Positions 26,201-34,365 of a DNA stretch of 64,000 nucleotides are shown here, one piece after another. The notes below the pieces were generated by a model. That model was not told the origin of the DNA. It made no database searches and saw nothing but the letters and a program-made list of their open reading frames with translations. The translations under genes and the position numbers were made by a program. Location: positions 146,327-210,326 of IMG/VR virus record IMGVR_UViG_3300010430_000003; one strand, given 5' to 3'. Position 1 is the first letter of the stretch. Every line of letters begins with the position of its first letter.

Positions 26201-29118
26201 ATTTAATGCTTCCCATTTTTCCAGAACAATATGTTGTTTACGAAGATAAAGGGGTGGATTCAATGCGTCCAAATCTTAGTACACAAAGTTTTCAAAATAG
26301 AGCAATTCGAAGGCAAACTTTCGAAGGTGCAGACATTAAAATGCACACTCAAGATTTCTTTAAAAAGTTTGGAATTCCCACTTCTCTTGTAACAGCATCA
26401 GAACATGAAGTTATTCTTGGAGAAAAAGCTTATGGAATTGTTAATAAGAATTTAGAAATGGAAACGTTTGCTATTAGAGATAATTCTGGTGTTGAAAACT
26501 ATAGAGATGTCGATGAAAAAGTAAGTTCTGTTGTTAAACAGGCCGGGAAGGATCCTGATTTCTTAGATGGTGGAATAATTGTTGAATATTTCTCGAAGGA
26601 TGGGAAACTTGTAAATTCTGTTCATTGCTTGATTAAATTCTATCTTTGGATTGGAATAGCAGATCTTTTATATATTGATGATGATGACATGGCTGGCTTA
26701 TTGGAAAAGCTTATTGAATTAGATTCAAGCGGTAAAATTGAAGATTTCCGAAACCAAATTAAAGATCTCATGCTCGGTAAAAGAAAGTCAATTATGCAAA
26801 ACGATCTCGGAAAGATTAAAGATAATATAGGCAGGAAGTTTATCAATAAATATTATCTATCTAACTTTTCCGTAACAGAATCCTTTACTGATCAAATTCT
26901 CGAAAAATGTGGTCCTGATAAAACTGTGATTGTTTGGAATTCTCCTAGATCCCAAAACACAGATCGATATTTCCTTGAGGCAAAGCTTGAAGCTATGAAT
27001 AGGGGGATTGATACGTCTGGACTATATTACGCTCCAGTTAATGAACTGTTCATGACCGAACATGGATTGATAGAAGAAGAGATTAACGGTGGCTCTTCTG
27101 ATCAGTTTGCTGTTGTTCCAAAGATGAATACAAAGGCTCATTGGTATTTTAATAATTTAAAATCAGAAAATCAATTGGCTTCTCATTCATTGGGACAGTT
27201 TCATCTGTTAATGGAAAATCGGGTTGATTTCTTGCAAAAGACATATCGTGAGAAAATCTTCAATAAACTGATCAATAGTCTTTCAACACTCTATATGGCA
27301 GAAATAGACCACTTAAATTGGAAGTGGCTTGGACCTCACATTGTTGCCGCTTATAATAAGGTAATGGAAGACCCAGCCGTCGGGAAAGAATTCCTTTCAA
27401 GTATTGAAGAAGACGACATTGAAAGACTTAAAGACCAAGCATTTGAATTCTTTATTGAAACTGATCCTTCTAAAAAGAAAAAGTTTAGCCAATGGTTGAT
27501 CTTTAAGTTCATTAAAGATGACGAACGCATTGAAGATATCTGGAGTTCGGCGGGTGATCTTGAGCTTTTCGAACAGCTTGTTGAACGAAGAATTATTATA
27601 GGTGTTGATATCAACAAACTTTCATTAAAAGAACTTAAGGAAATTGTTGATGAACATGAAGGTCAGTTATCTGCTCGACAGAAGGCTGGTAAAGGAAATG
27701 AAAAAGAGCAAATCATCAAGAATGAAATGGACGTTCTCTTTCAAGAGGGTGAATATGTGATGGCTCTCCCAAAAACACAAAGAGCTTCATGTCTTCTTGG
27801 TACAGAAACACATTGGTGCACCGCTTCTCGTGGTGATCGCAACATGTTCGACATGTATTACGAAGACGGCCCGTTGATTGTGTTTATTACTCCTGCCGGA
27901 AAGTGGCAGCTTCACATTGAATCAAAACAATTTATGGATAAGAATGATTCTCCTATTGATTTATTACCTTGGATTGATTCCAATGAAATTTTCAAGGAAC
28001 CATTTTTGAAATTCTTGCTCGATAATGAATGGGATAAAAAGCTCGATCAAACCGATATATATAGCCAATATTTTTCAAATTCGGGAATGTTGAGAGATCT
28101 CTCCATTTTTATATTCCAAGAAACATTAACAGAAGAAAAAGCATTGGATATCATTGAGAAAGGCTCCCGACCAAAGAATGCTACTCACGTTGATTTTGGA
28201 ACCAAAAACTCATTTGGTGGGGAAATCAAGAATAAAATGTTATTCGATATCTTATGGAATTCAGAACATAAGAAGTGGTGGAAGCTTAAGAGACGTTGGG
28301 TTAGAAAACTTGTAGAAGCTTATGAAAATGGGGTCGTTCCCGTGGGTCAAATAAGAAAAGATATGGTGAATAACTTTATCAATCTAATGCCTCCCAACGA
28401 TTTCAAAGAAATCTTCATGCCAACTTTTATAAGTGAAAATTATCCAACATCCAGAGAGATGTTTTTGAAAACAATTGCTATTGATGCGCTCGGTTTGAAA
28501 ATTGGATTCAATACAGAGAAAGGAGCACAGAATTTTCTAACAATCCTCGAAAGAATAATTAAAAATGAGGGTGAGTCTAATCTTGCATGGAAATCATATC
28601 AAAATTCCATCGAACCAAAAGGTTGGGTGTTAGAGATGCTTAAAAGACCAAATCTTAAAGAATGGTATTCTCAAAAATTTGAAGAATTAGATTATGCTCA
28701 AAGAACCGCCGTAGCCTTCGATATGCTTAAAACAGGTAAGAAAAACAATGATCAAATGTCAGGCTCCTCAAATGTTGAATTCGTTGACGATAACTCCCCA
28801 ATTACCAAGTTCTTCATTCCAAGACTCAAAAAAGGAATTTCGGGATCAAAAAAATATAATGACTTCCCAAAATTGGGAGGTTATTTATCGCAATGGGAAG
28901 AGATTAACAAACTTGATCCAGAGATTACCGATATTTGGGTTGATACATTCTTAAATGCAGTGGAAAATGGAAAGGATAGTGATTCAAAAGAAAGGCAAAT
29001 GTCATGGATGTACGGTAACATTACTGATAAACATGGGAATCCTATTAGATATGGACCACCTCAATTCAAACAGTTGATTGAACCATTGAAAAAAGCACTT
29101 GGGCGAGATCATGATTGA
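23287..29118 (+). CDS. 1943-aa multidomain (polyvalent) protein: ligase-like nucleotidyltransferase + HxGH cytidylyltransferase-like + two copies of a DPS...ASC..G..WC module
   Basis: EKVDG, EGVV, YKMTG (ligase motifs I/IV/V); FPGSFKPPHAGH...ISASNMR; WC-module repeats near aa 590-750 and 1390-1560. Confidence 0.75.
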   Translation: MGGLAGRIKYLYEGDLTFKELKTILENISLSHLPLYEKVDGFNCYFSCRRGMPVMARNLTEARSGGLSIIELSNREFKGGKKVKKVFIEALKNFSKDFRLLDKKIFESDGNQVFYNFEIVDKNTNRLFEYDSNGLVLHNSGHFCIVENNKHFVNGDGFRTGTIGTKYIKHNFKTSLRENSYFDGSSFIQRIDEVMQSVGLSELNSISELKEQERLKKILNEFSNNLINSLKSNFVDSQEEKVTQFKDRVKEAVDCLLEYSGPNRAQVVEKTIHYLNQFPAIDSINSCIEGVVFEHNGEMYKMTGYYRPINQLYGFYQKTLKEFDSGRMYPIEPSSYNVDGVLTHPQEKTIAIFPGSFKPPHAGHYRIIEELKKLKTPDGFHICNKIIILISNKARMAQSDSKTTYVTAEIAKELWDLYVSNEDAQTRIEVRVADHDTPIKCVYDIMLNEMSPGETLMLVKSDKDANSDRFNAFSDFSDEYDLGVKVIAKEMNIFSAGISASNMRNWIADGDEDRFKGFLPDHLSSEDRARGWEIVTGEQDVSLSEDDSFFLSEGYDALLEGEGDKRLKSALRKNPDYKEQIEALAAADPSGKGRKLLPWMVRELVKFDGGRTNDIIAVISLFWQYRQRFKAASYSTDVFSYSFEEMLTLLKKLRLTPRFDKIKSPLRTSNYPGSSVVYEEEDFAVIRPYTFEASCYFGEEGNWCISTDEGHWNDYVGNESVHYILINDSIKFEEDADSKIDFVVRHGTVMELWDKENTSLDEDYVEELLGEELYNKIEQAILTDYERDPDNEETGNRKEWIELQSEIEADWDDRKYITCEIYEYDSNQFQLQAWINIDFDETNIKLKPQERSWQASQKFSHAIEAIIDYTIEDVEVDGNTIRGRIYLDDVFTPDDAQYSWEQLTEKDDYLQGDDPDDNIRAVVYSLWEYDLIEGETESKIEIIKKIDEHEFRYLFADFDEDEGLSVQFTLHDLMLPIFPEQYVVYEDKGVDSMRPNLSTQSFQNRAIRRQTFEGADIKMHTQDFFKKFGIPTSLVTASEHEVILGEKAYGIVNKNLEMETFAIRDNSGVENYRDVDEKVSSVVKQAGKDPDFLDGGIIVEYFSKDGKLVNSVHCLIKFYLWIGIADLLYIDDDDMAGLLEKLIELDSSGKIEDFRNQIKDLMLGKRKSIMQNDLGKIKDNIGRKFINKYYLSNFSVTESFTDQILEKCGPDKTVIVWNSPRSQNTDRYFLEAKLEAMNRGIDTSGLYYAPVNELFMTEHGLIEEEINGGSSDQFAVVPKMNTKAHWYFNNLKSENQLASHSLGQFHLLMENRVDFLQKTYREKIFNKLINSLSTLYMAEIDHLNWKWLGPHIVAAYNKVMEDPAVGKEFLSSIEEDDIERLKDQAFEFFIETDPSKKKKFSQWLIFKFIKDDERIEDIWSSAGDLELFEQLVERRIIIGVDINKLSLKELKEIVDEHEGQLSARQKAGKGNEKEQIIKNEMDVLFQEGEYVMALPKTQRASCLLGTETHWCTASRGDRNMFDMYYEDGPLIVFITPAGKWQLHIESKQFMDKNDSPIDLLPWIDSNEIFKEPFLKFLLDNEWDKKLDQTDIYSQYFSNSGMLRDLSIFIFQETLTEEKALDIIEKGSRPKNATHVDFGTKNSFGGEIKNKMLFDILWNSEHKKWWKLKRRWVRKLVEAYENGVVPVGQIRKDMVNNFINLMPPNDFKEIFMPTFISENYPTSREMFLKTIAIDALGLKIGFNTEKGAQNFLTILERIIKNEGESNLAWKSYQNSIEPKGWVLEMLKRPNLKEWYSQKFEELDYAQRTAVAFDMLKTGKKNNDQMSGSSNVEFVDDNSPITKFFIPRLKKGISGSKKYNDFPKLGGYLSQWEEINKLDPEITDIWVDTFLNAVENGKDSDSKERQMSWMYGNITDKHGNPIRYGPPQFKQLIEPLKKALGRDHD

Positions 29119-31576
29119 TTTAAAAGAAATAGAGCTAGCGCTCGAAAAGTATTATGATAAAGAAACAACTTTAGAGAACAATCTCTCTTCTTTTTATGAA
29201 AATTTGAGAGAAAATCCGAAGTTTTATTCTTATTCTGTCGCGAGAGAACAAAAAAGAGACCAATTATGCCCTGTGCGTGATCAAAATGACTGGCTTAGAG
29301 AGGAATTCACTCACAGTTCCCCCAATAGCTATTCAGAAGCCATAGAAACCACTGTAAGGTCATTAAAAGAGATTTTGGAGGCACTCTTCCTTGCCTCGCA
29401 AGAAGACTTTAGAGTGGATTCTGTTCGGTCTGACATAATGCGTAATCTTTCGATAATTTTAAAGACAGTTTTGCGGTCAGCGAAGCTCCAAAATACTGCA
29501 AATGACCCTGATATCGTAAATATTGCGAAAAAGCTGCTCAAAATGTCTGATGAACGTATCGGCACCCTTGAGTCTTATGAGCCAGAGATGCCAGAACTTT
29601 TTTATGACACCGCAAAACTCGTATATCAAACAATATATGTGTTAACTGCAGAGATAATCAATAACCCAACTGATTCTAATGTTTTTGATTCTCGAAACTT
29701 ATCAAAGATGCTTGATAAACTTGCAACGGCTGTTCGCCATGGATTTTATGAAGAGGCCTTCAGTGAATTCAGTGAAGGAAGGAATATTCTTAATCCCCAA
29801 CCAGAAATCTCTCCAACTTTGATTGACAAAGCAATTAAATACGAGAAAGACCGTTCGCGAACCACAGATATGGAAGGTCTTTATAATATTGTGCTTGCAA
29901 ACCTTGAAGAAGACCCCGATCATTATAATTTTCTTTTGAAGGGCAATCTTGATGAAATGTCTTCAATGGGAGGTGGTGCAGTTGCCGGCGCCATGGGTGT
30001 GGGTTTCGATCCCGATCCAAAAAAAAAGAAAAGATATGAAAAGTCTTTAATTGGTGAAAATAAAAAGAAGCTTGGGCAATTTTCTGATTGGTTGAAGACT
30101 CCTTTTTTTGGGGGCACTATTTTTTCTGATAATCTCCTTCGACGGCCCGAGGAGTGGGTTGCTGTTCATCCTGATGGGGATCATTTTGTTGATTATCAAG
30201 ATAACGAAGTTAAAATAACAGATGAAAAGTTAAGCATAGTTAGACCTTGGATGTTAGATCCTTCAAAATCCCGAGAAAATTGGGATCCTCATGGTGTTTG
30301 GTCAGAATGGCTATCTGATTATGAAATTATTTATAATGATAAAATTAATAAATTTGAGATTATTGAAAATCTTAAAAATATAAAAGCAAATATTGAAAAC
30401 TTAAGAGCAATTTTTTTCATTAATGAGGAAGACTACAATTTATATTCTAATATACTCAAACCGAATGAATCTCTTCCAAAAGAAGTTTGGGACTCATGTT
30501 TGATTGAACCATACGCTATGAATTATTCAGGTTATCTTGAACGAGATTTTATGCTTGATGGGATTGGGAAAGAAAGTAATGATATCTATTCTTCAAAAAA
30601 GTATTCGGTGGAGCCATGGGCAGAAAAGCATGGTTTGGGCTCTGTTGCTCAATCACATATGTTAACACAAGTTTATTGTAAAGGAGAAATGACAGACTTA
30701 AAAAGAGAGTTATGTAAAAAACTTATTAATTTAAAACAAACTCTAAATAAAAATTTATCAGAACAACAAGAACATGATTTGAAAATCTTTGAAGATTATG
30801 AAGACTATTTTCGAAATATCCATAAAGAGATTTCAGGAGAAGGAAAGGCTCCCGCAAAATTCTGGAAAGACCCGTTTTGGGTGGGGGCGGTGTTCAGCAA
30901 TTCAAATGGCGATGAATTTATGCTCGAACCAGAATTTGATTTCATCAACATAAATTATGACACCATTGAAGTGCCTGATGATGAGATTTTGGAAATCAAT
31001 CCATATCTTAACATCGATAATAAATATAGCGAAATTCGGTCAGATTATGAAATCACAATGGTCAACACTTTTGTTCACTATGGAGGTTCAGGATATTCCA
31101 TCTTTCATAATGGTCAGGAAAGATACTTAAAAAGCTGGCATGGGGCATATGAGTATTTCATGAATGACAACGAAGAATATCATCATGATACCCACCCAGC
31201 CAAAATGTATTATATGACCCCCTCTTTTGATTTGAGCGAGCTTCAAGATCATGAATGGTTCAATCATGGAAAGAGTGTTTGTTTGGTTGATTTTCATCAT
31301 GAAACTGAAATTTGGTTTTATTTAACAAAAGACAAGTTCATTGATTATCTAATAGATTATAATTCAACTAATAAAAGAATCTCTTATTATGTCCCGAATG
31401 GCACAATAGTAGGTGGGTTGAGAGTGAGATATGATAAATCAGGAATTCCTGATGGAATCTTCAAAGGAAACAAAAAACATAAAGTTCCATTAAATGTCTA
31501 TGTTGAAAAACATGGACCCGTTCCGCAATATAGTGATCTCAAACAAATCGTGAACAAATACTTTTATAGAAAGTAA
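29099..31576 (+). CDS. large putative head-packaged protein
   Basis: 825 aa; LDEMSSMGGGAVAG linker and LxE motifs between segments. Confidence 0.6.
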   Translation: MGEIMIDLKEIELALEKYYDKETTLENNLSSFYENLRENPKFYSYSVAREQKRDQLCPVRDQNDWLREEFTHSSPNSYSEAIETTVRSLKEILEALFLASQEDFRVDSVRSDIMRNLSIILKTVLRSAKLQNTANDPDIVNIAKKLLKMSDERIGTLESYEPEMPELFYDTAKLVYQTIYVLTAEIINNPTDSNVFDSRNLSKMLDKLATAVRHGFYEEAFSEFSEGRNILNPQPEISPTLIDKAIKYEKDRSRTTDMEGLYNIVLANLEEDPDHYNFLLKGNLDEMSSMGGGAVAGAMGVGFDPDPKKKKRYEKSLIGENKKKLGQFSDWLKTPFFGGTIFSDNLLRRPEEWVAVHPDGDHFVDYQDNEVKITDEKLSIVRPWMLDPSKSRENWDPHGVWSEWLSDYEIIYNDKINKFEIIENLKNIKANIENLRAIFFINEEDYNLYSNILKPNESLPKEVWDSCLIEPYAMNYSGYLERDFMLDGIGKESNDIYSSKKYSVEPWAEKHGLGSVAQSHMLTQVYCKGEMTDLKRELCKKLINLKQTLNKNLSEQQEHDLKIFEDYEDYFRNIHKEISGEGKAPAKFWKDPFWVGAVFSNSNGDEFMLEPEFDFININYDTIEVPDDEILEINPYLNIDNKYSEIRSDYEITMVNTFVHYGGSGYSIFHNGQERYLKSWHGAYEYFMNDNEEYHHDTHPAKMYYMTPSFDLSELQDHEWFNHGKSVCLVDFHHETEIWFYLTKDKFIDYLIDYNSTNKRISYYVPNGTIVGGLRVRYDKSGIPDGIFKGNKKHKVPLNVYVEKHGPVPQYSDLKQIVNKYFYRK

Positions 31577-31604
31577 TTATAGCATAACAACTGGGTTAAA
31601 ACAA

Positions 31605-32426
31605 ATGATCGATAGAGAAAAACTTTTAACAGAAATCAAATTCAGAAAATTCGTTCGAGATCTTCTTGAAGAAAAAGATAAGAAGGAATCTTTCAAAGAA
31701 AAAATGCAAGAAGAGGTGAGGTTTCGAAACTTTGTTCGGCAAGTTTTAACAAAAGAACGAGACACCCAAAAACTCACTGAAGCGAAGACCAAAATCATTC
31801 CTTATGATTCCACTGGCATTGCCATTCTTGCAGATGTGATCAAAAAAGTTATCCCAATTATTAAAGATGATTATTTCTCTCTGACCACAGATATCAAACA
31901 AAGAAAATCATTTCGTGCACACATTGTGAATGCTGTTCGAAATTCCCTCGCTCCAATTAGGAACATCCAAGGGTATCCAGTTGATAACAGTGGTGGAGAT
32001 GGACAATTGCTATCAGCACCAGATATGGTTTCTTCGCCGCATCATCATTATGCTCAATCCGGAAATGGTGCAAATGGACCACATGATACTGGATCAGTCA
32101 ATGAACAGACCGATCTTGAAGACGTTGATCAAGATGGAATCGCTGATAAGGATGATCGGTATATCGATACCGATGATAAGCCGGCAAAAAAAGTTAAATC
32201 CTCTGATGAGGAGGATACTTTCTCTCTTCCGGGTGAAGATGGAACAGGCAGAAACCTTGCCCTCTTAACTTATCGACGAATTGAAAAGGTTATTATTGAC
32301 GGATATCAAACTCTTGATCGCAGAGAAGATCAAGAGGATTTCTACGACTATATTGTGGCAAACTTAAAGATCTATTTTGATCGGTGGGAAGAGGAACTTC
32401 AAAAGGAATTATCAGAACGGTATTAA
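31605..32426 (+). CDS. putative virion protein with repeated LxE segments
   Basis: LLTEIKFRKFVR / MQEEVRFRNFVR internal repeat, LTEAK, VNEQ. Confidence 0.6.
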   Translation: MIDREKLLTEIKFRKFVRDLLEEKDKKESFKEKMQEEVRFRNFVRQVLTKERDTQKLTEAKTKIIPYDSTGIAILADVIKKVIPIIKDDYFSLTTDIKQRKSFRAHIVNAVRNSLAPIRNIQGYPVDNSGGDGQLLSAPDMVSSPHHHYAQSGNGANGPHDTGSVNEQTDLEDVDQDGIADKDDRYIDTDDKPAKKVKSSDEEDTFSLPGEDGTGRNLALLTYRRIEKVIIDGYQTLDRREDQEDFYDYIVANLKIYFDRWEEELQKELSERY

Positions 32427-32686
32427 GACAATTTTACTGATCTGTTAAATGTTCTCCGTAATCCAAATATTAGTTCGTAATGGGTATAGTTGGCGTGGAA
32501 AAAACTACATTTCCAACTATGAACCGATATGTTCGTCGACAGTTTATCTGATTTAGCATGTATCATTATACAATTACTAATCAATAAATTGATAAATTGA
32601 TTATCATTAGGATCAATTACATATCCTCTAATTTTGGTCTTCAAATGATAATGGTACATGGTATTTAACGAAGCATTGAATTCCAA
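32423..32686 (-). CDS. MNIN-family-like ORF with internal motif
   Basis: ...NQFINLLISNCIMI. Confidence 0.45.
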   Translation of the reverse strand: MEFNASLNTMYHYHLKTKIRGYVIDPNDNQFINLLISNCIMIHAKSDKLSTNISVHSWKCSFFHANYTHYELIFGLRRTFNRSVKLS

Positions 32687-32807
32687 AGCAGTTCAAATTC
32701 TTCAACAAGAAGATCAACAATTCGTGAAATTTCATCAGGAAGGGAAGCTCCCGGTGTGATTATCAAGTCTATATCATAGACTTCAAAAGTACGCTCATAT
32801 AAATCTT

Positions 32808-33038
32808 TCATCCCGCTCCTCTTTTAATTTCTCTTAAATCCAAAAGACACACCCACAAAAGAAAATTCTCTATACAATATTCTCCAAAAACAATCAATTC
32901 TTCATGTTCGTAAGATTCTATCACAGATTGTTTGGGGTCTATTTCCCATATTTTGGGGTTATTAATATCAACAGTGAAGTTTTGATTATATTGAAGAACA
33001 AAACTAGCCTTCACCATTTTATTAACAAATGAATTCAT
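32808..33038 (-). CDS. MNIN-family micro-ORF (KAxFVxQ subgroup)
   Basis: MNSFVNKMVKASFVLQY. Confidence 0.7.
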   Translation of the reverse strand: MNSFVNKMVKASFVLQYNQNFTVDINNPKIWEIDPKQSVIESYEHEELIVFGEYCIENFLLWVCLLDLREIKRGAG

Positions 33039-33247
33039 TTATGTTCATTGGAGAATGATAAGTAGTAGTAGTTTACATCTTCTATACATCCAGAAATAAC
33101 ATGTTTTGAATATTCAAGTATAGATGCCATACTTGAATATAGCGCTACGGAATAGTGCTTTCCTGGTATGGACGTCCATAAGAACCGACCATGTTGACGA
33201 ACAAAGCCAGCTTTAATCAGATTATTTATTGTTGAATGTGAATTCAT
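33035..33247 (-). CDS. MNIN-family micro-ORF (KAxFVxQ subgroup)
   Basis: MNSHSTINNLIKAGFVRQH; the A of ATG is the tRNA discriminator base. Confidence 0.7.
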   Translation of the reverse strand: MNSHSTINNLIKAGFVRQHGRFLWTSIPGKHYSVALYSSMASILEYSKHVISGCIEDVNYYYLSFSNEHK

Positions 33248-33330
33248 AGCGGGAGAGGGATTCGAACCCTCGAAGCCTTAACGGCAAAAGGTTATGAGCC
33301 TTTTCACTTTAACCACTTGTATATCCCGCA
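33247..33330 (-). tRNA. tRNA with CAT anticodon (Met or Ile2) and long variable arm
   Basis: Acceptor TGCGGGA/TCCCGCT (U1-U72 mismatch), D-loop AAGTGGTTAAA, AAAGG-CTCATAA-CCTTT, V-arm GCC-GTTAA-GGC, GAGGG-TTCGAAT-CCCTC; no encoded CCA. Confidence 0.85.
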
Positions 33331-33335
33331 GCAAA

Positions 33336-33685
33336 TTTATGATTAAATGCTCCGATTCTTCAACCACCACTTATGCCAATCTCCATCCTTGCGGGGAGGA
33401 GCAACCTTTAAGGTTGAGACAATCAGCTTAAGTCTTCTAACGGTACCTATCCCCAAGGTTCAGGCCGATCACTCGATCTGCACGCACCTCACTTAATCAT
33501 AAAAGCAAATCCTACCCCGAAGTCTCTCACCAATTAATAATCAACCGCACGAAAATTATTAATGACTTCGATCTCTCAACCTATGGAGTATCATAGGTCA
33601 CCAGCTTTGTATCATTCAAGAGCGAAAGGACAACGACATGAATGAATGAATTTTGTCTGATTGTTTGAACACCCGCAGCACAAGT
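33336..33685 (-). ncRNA. candidate ~350-nt structured non-coding RNA
   Basis: No ORF; 14-bp stem 33336-33349/33490-33503, nested stems CGAAGTC/GACTTCG and ATTAATAAT/ATTATTAAT, hairpins ACCTATG/CATAGGT, CAACCT/AGGTTG, and a GCAA tetraloop. Confidence 0.6.
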
Positions 33686-33692
33686 TATTAAC

Positions 33693-33720
33693 ATTATAGT
33701 ATATGTTGCAATTTTCTCAA
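33693..33720 (-). promoter_or_regulatory. sigma70-like promoter TTGAGA-N16-TATAAT for the ncRNA-tRNA transcript
   Basis: Read directly. Confidence 0.65.
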
Positions 33721-33727
33721 GAGAAAT

Positions 33728-33928
33728 TTATTCATCAATCCAACCTGCTTGTGAAGCACACCATGTCTTGACCATTTCTCTTTCTCGATAACCTAATCTA
33801 TCCCAAATAGCATCAAGTTCATCAAGCAACTTTTCTACTTTAGGACGATGCGTAGCTGATAGCGGTTTCTCTTTGCACAACTCTTGTGCCTGTAAGAAAC
33901 GCTCTTTGTAAATCTCAATTGTTTCCAT
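33728..33928 (-). CDS. hypothetical protein
   Basis: 66-aa ORF with GGAG RBS. Confidence 0.55.
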   Translation of the reverse strand: METIEIYKERFLQAQELCKEKPLSATHRPKVEKLLDELDAIWDRLGYREREMVKTWCASQAGWIDE

Positions 33929-33971
33929 GGATTCCCTCCGCTATGAAATCATATAAACTTTAGTCAGAAAA

Positions 33972-34259
33972 TTAAGCTAAATATAAAAAGTAGTATGCGA
34001 TATTGGCACAATGGTATATCGCAAGAATCCCATACAAGAAATTCAAAAAGAAAAGTGTTTTCTTAGCATCACGGAAATGTTTCCACAAGATTCCGCACAG
34101 GATTGCCATTACAATTAACTTGAATGGTAAAAAGATACCAATATCGTATGCGAATTTCATTAAGGGGTTTAATTCCATACCAGAACCGAACTTAGTCAGG
34201 ATCCAGTACGTAACAAATGCATCGAAAGCGTTAAGAATATATAACAGAATTATGGACAT
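33972..34259 (-). CDS. small membrane protein, DUF5658-like
   Basis: LNAFDAFVTYWIL...ELNPLM plus 3 TM segments. Confidence 0.65.
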   Translation of the reverse strand: MSIILLYILNAFDAFVTYWILTKFGSGMELNPLMKFAYDIGIFLPFKLIVMAILCGILWKHFRDAKKTLFFLNFLYGILAIYHCANIAYYFLYLA

Positions 34260-34365
34260 TTAAAAAAAACCTTGAAATTTTGGAGTTTTTACCCCTTAAT
34301 AATCCCCCGGAGGGAGAGTCACTGTGAACTGTGATTCAATAATAGTTAGTATAAAGGAAATAGTA

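Noticed and set aside
33336-33685. tmRNA, RNase P RNA or group I/II intron
   Set aside because: No tRNA-like GGGG.../T-arm-CCA ends or tag ORF, no GAGGAAAGUCC P4 motif, and no recognisable intron core or domain V.
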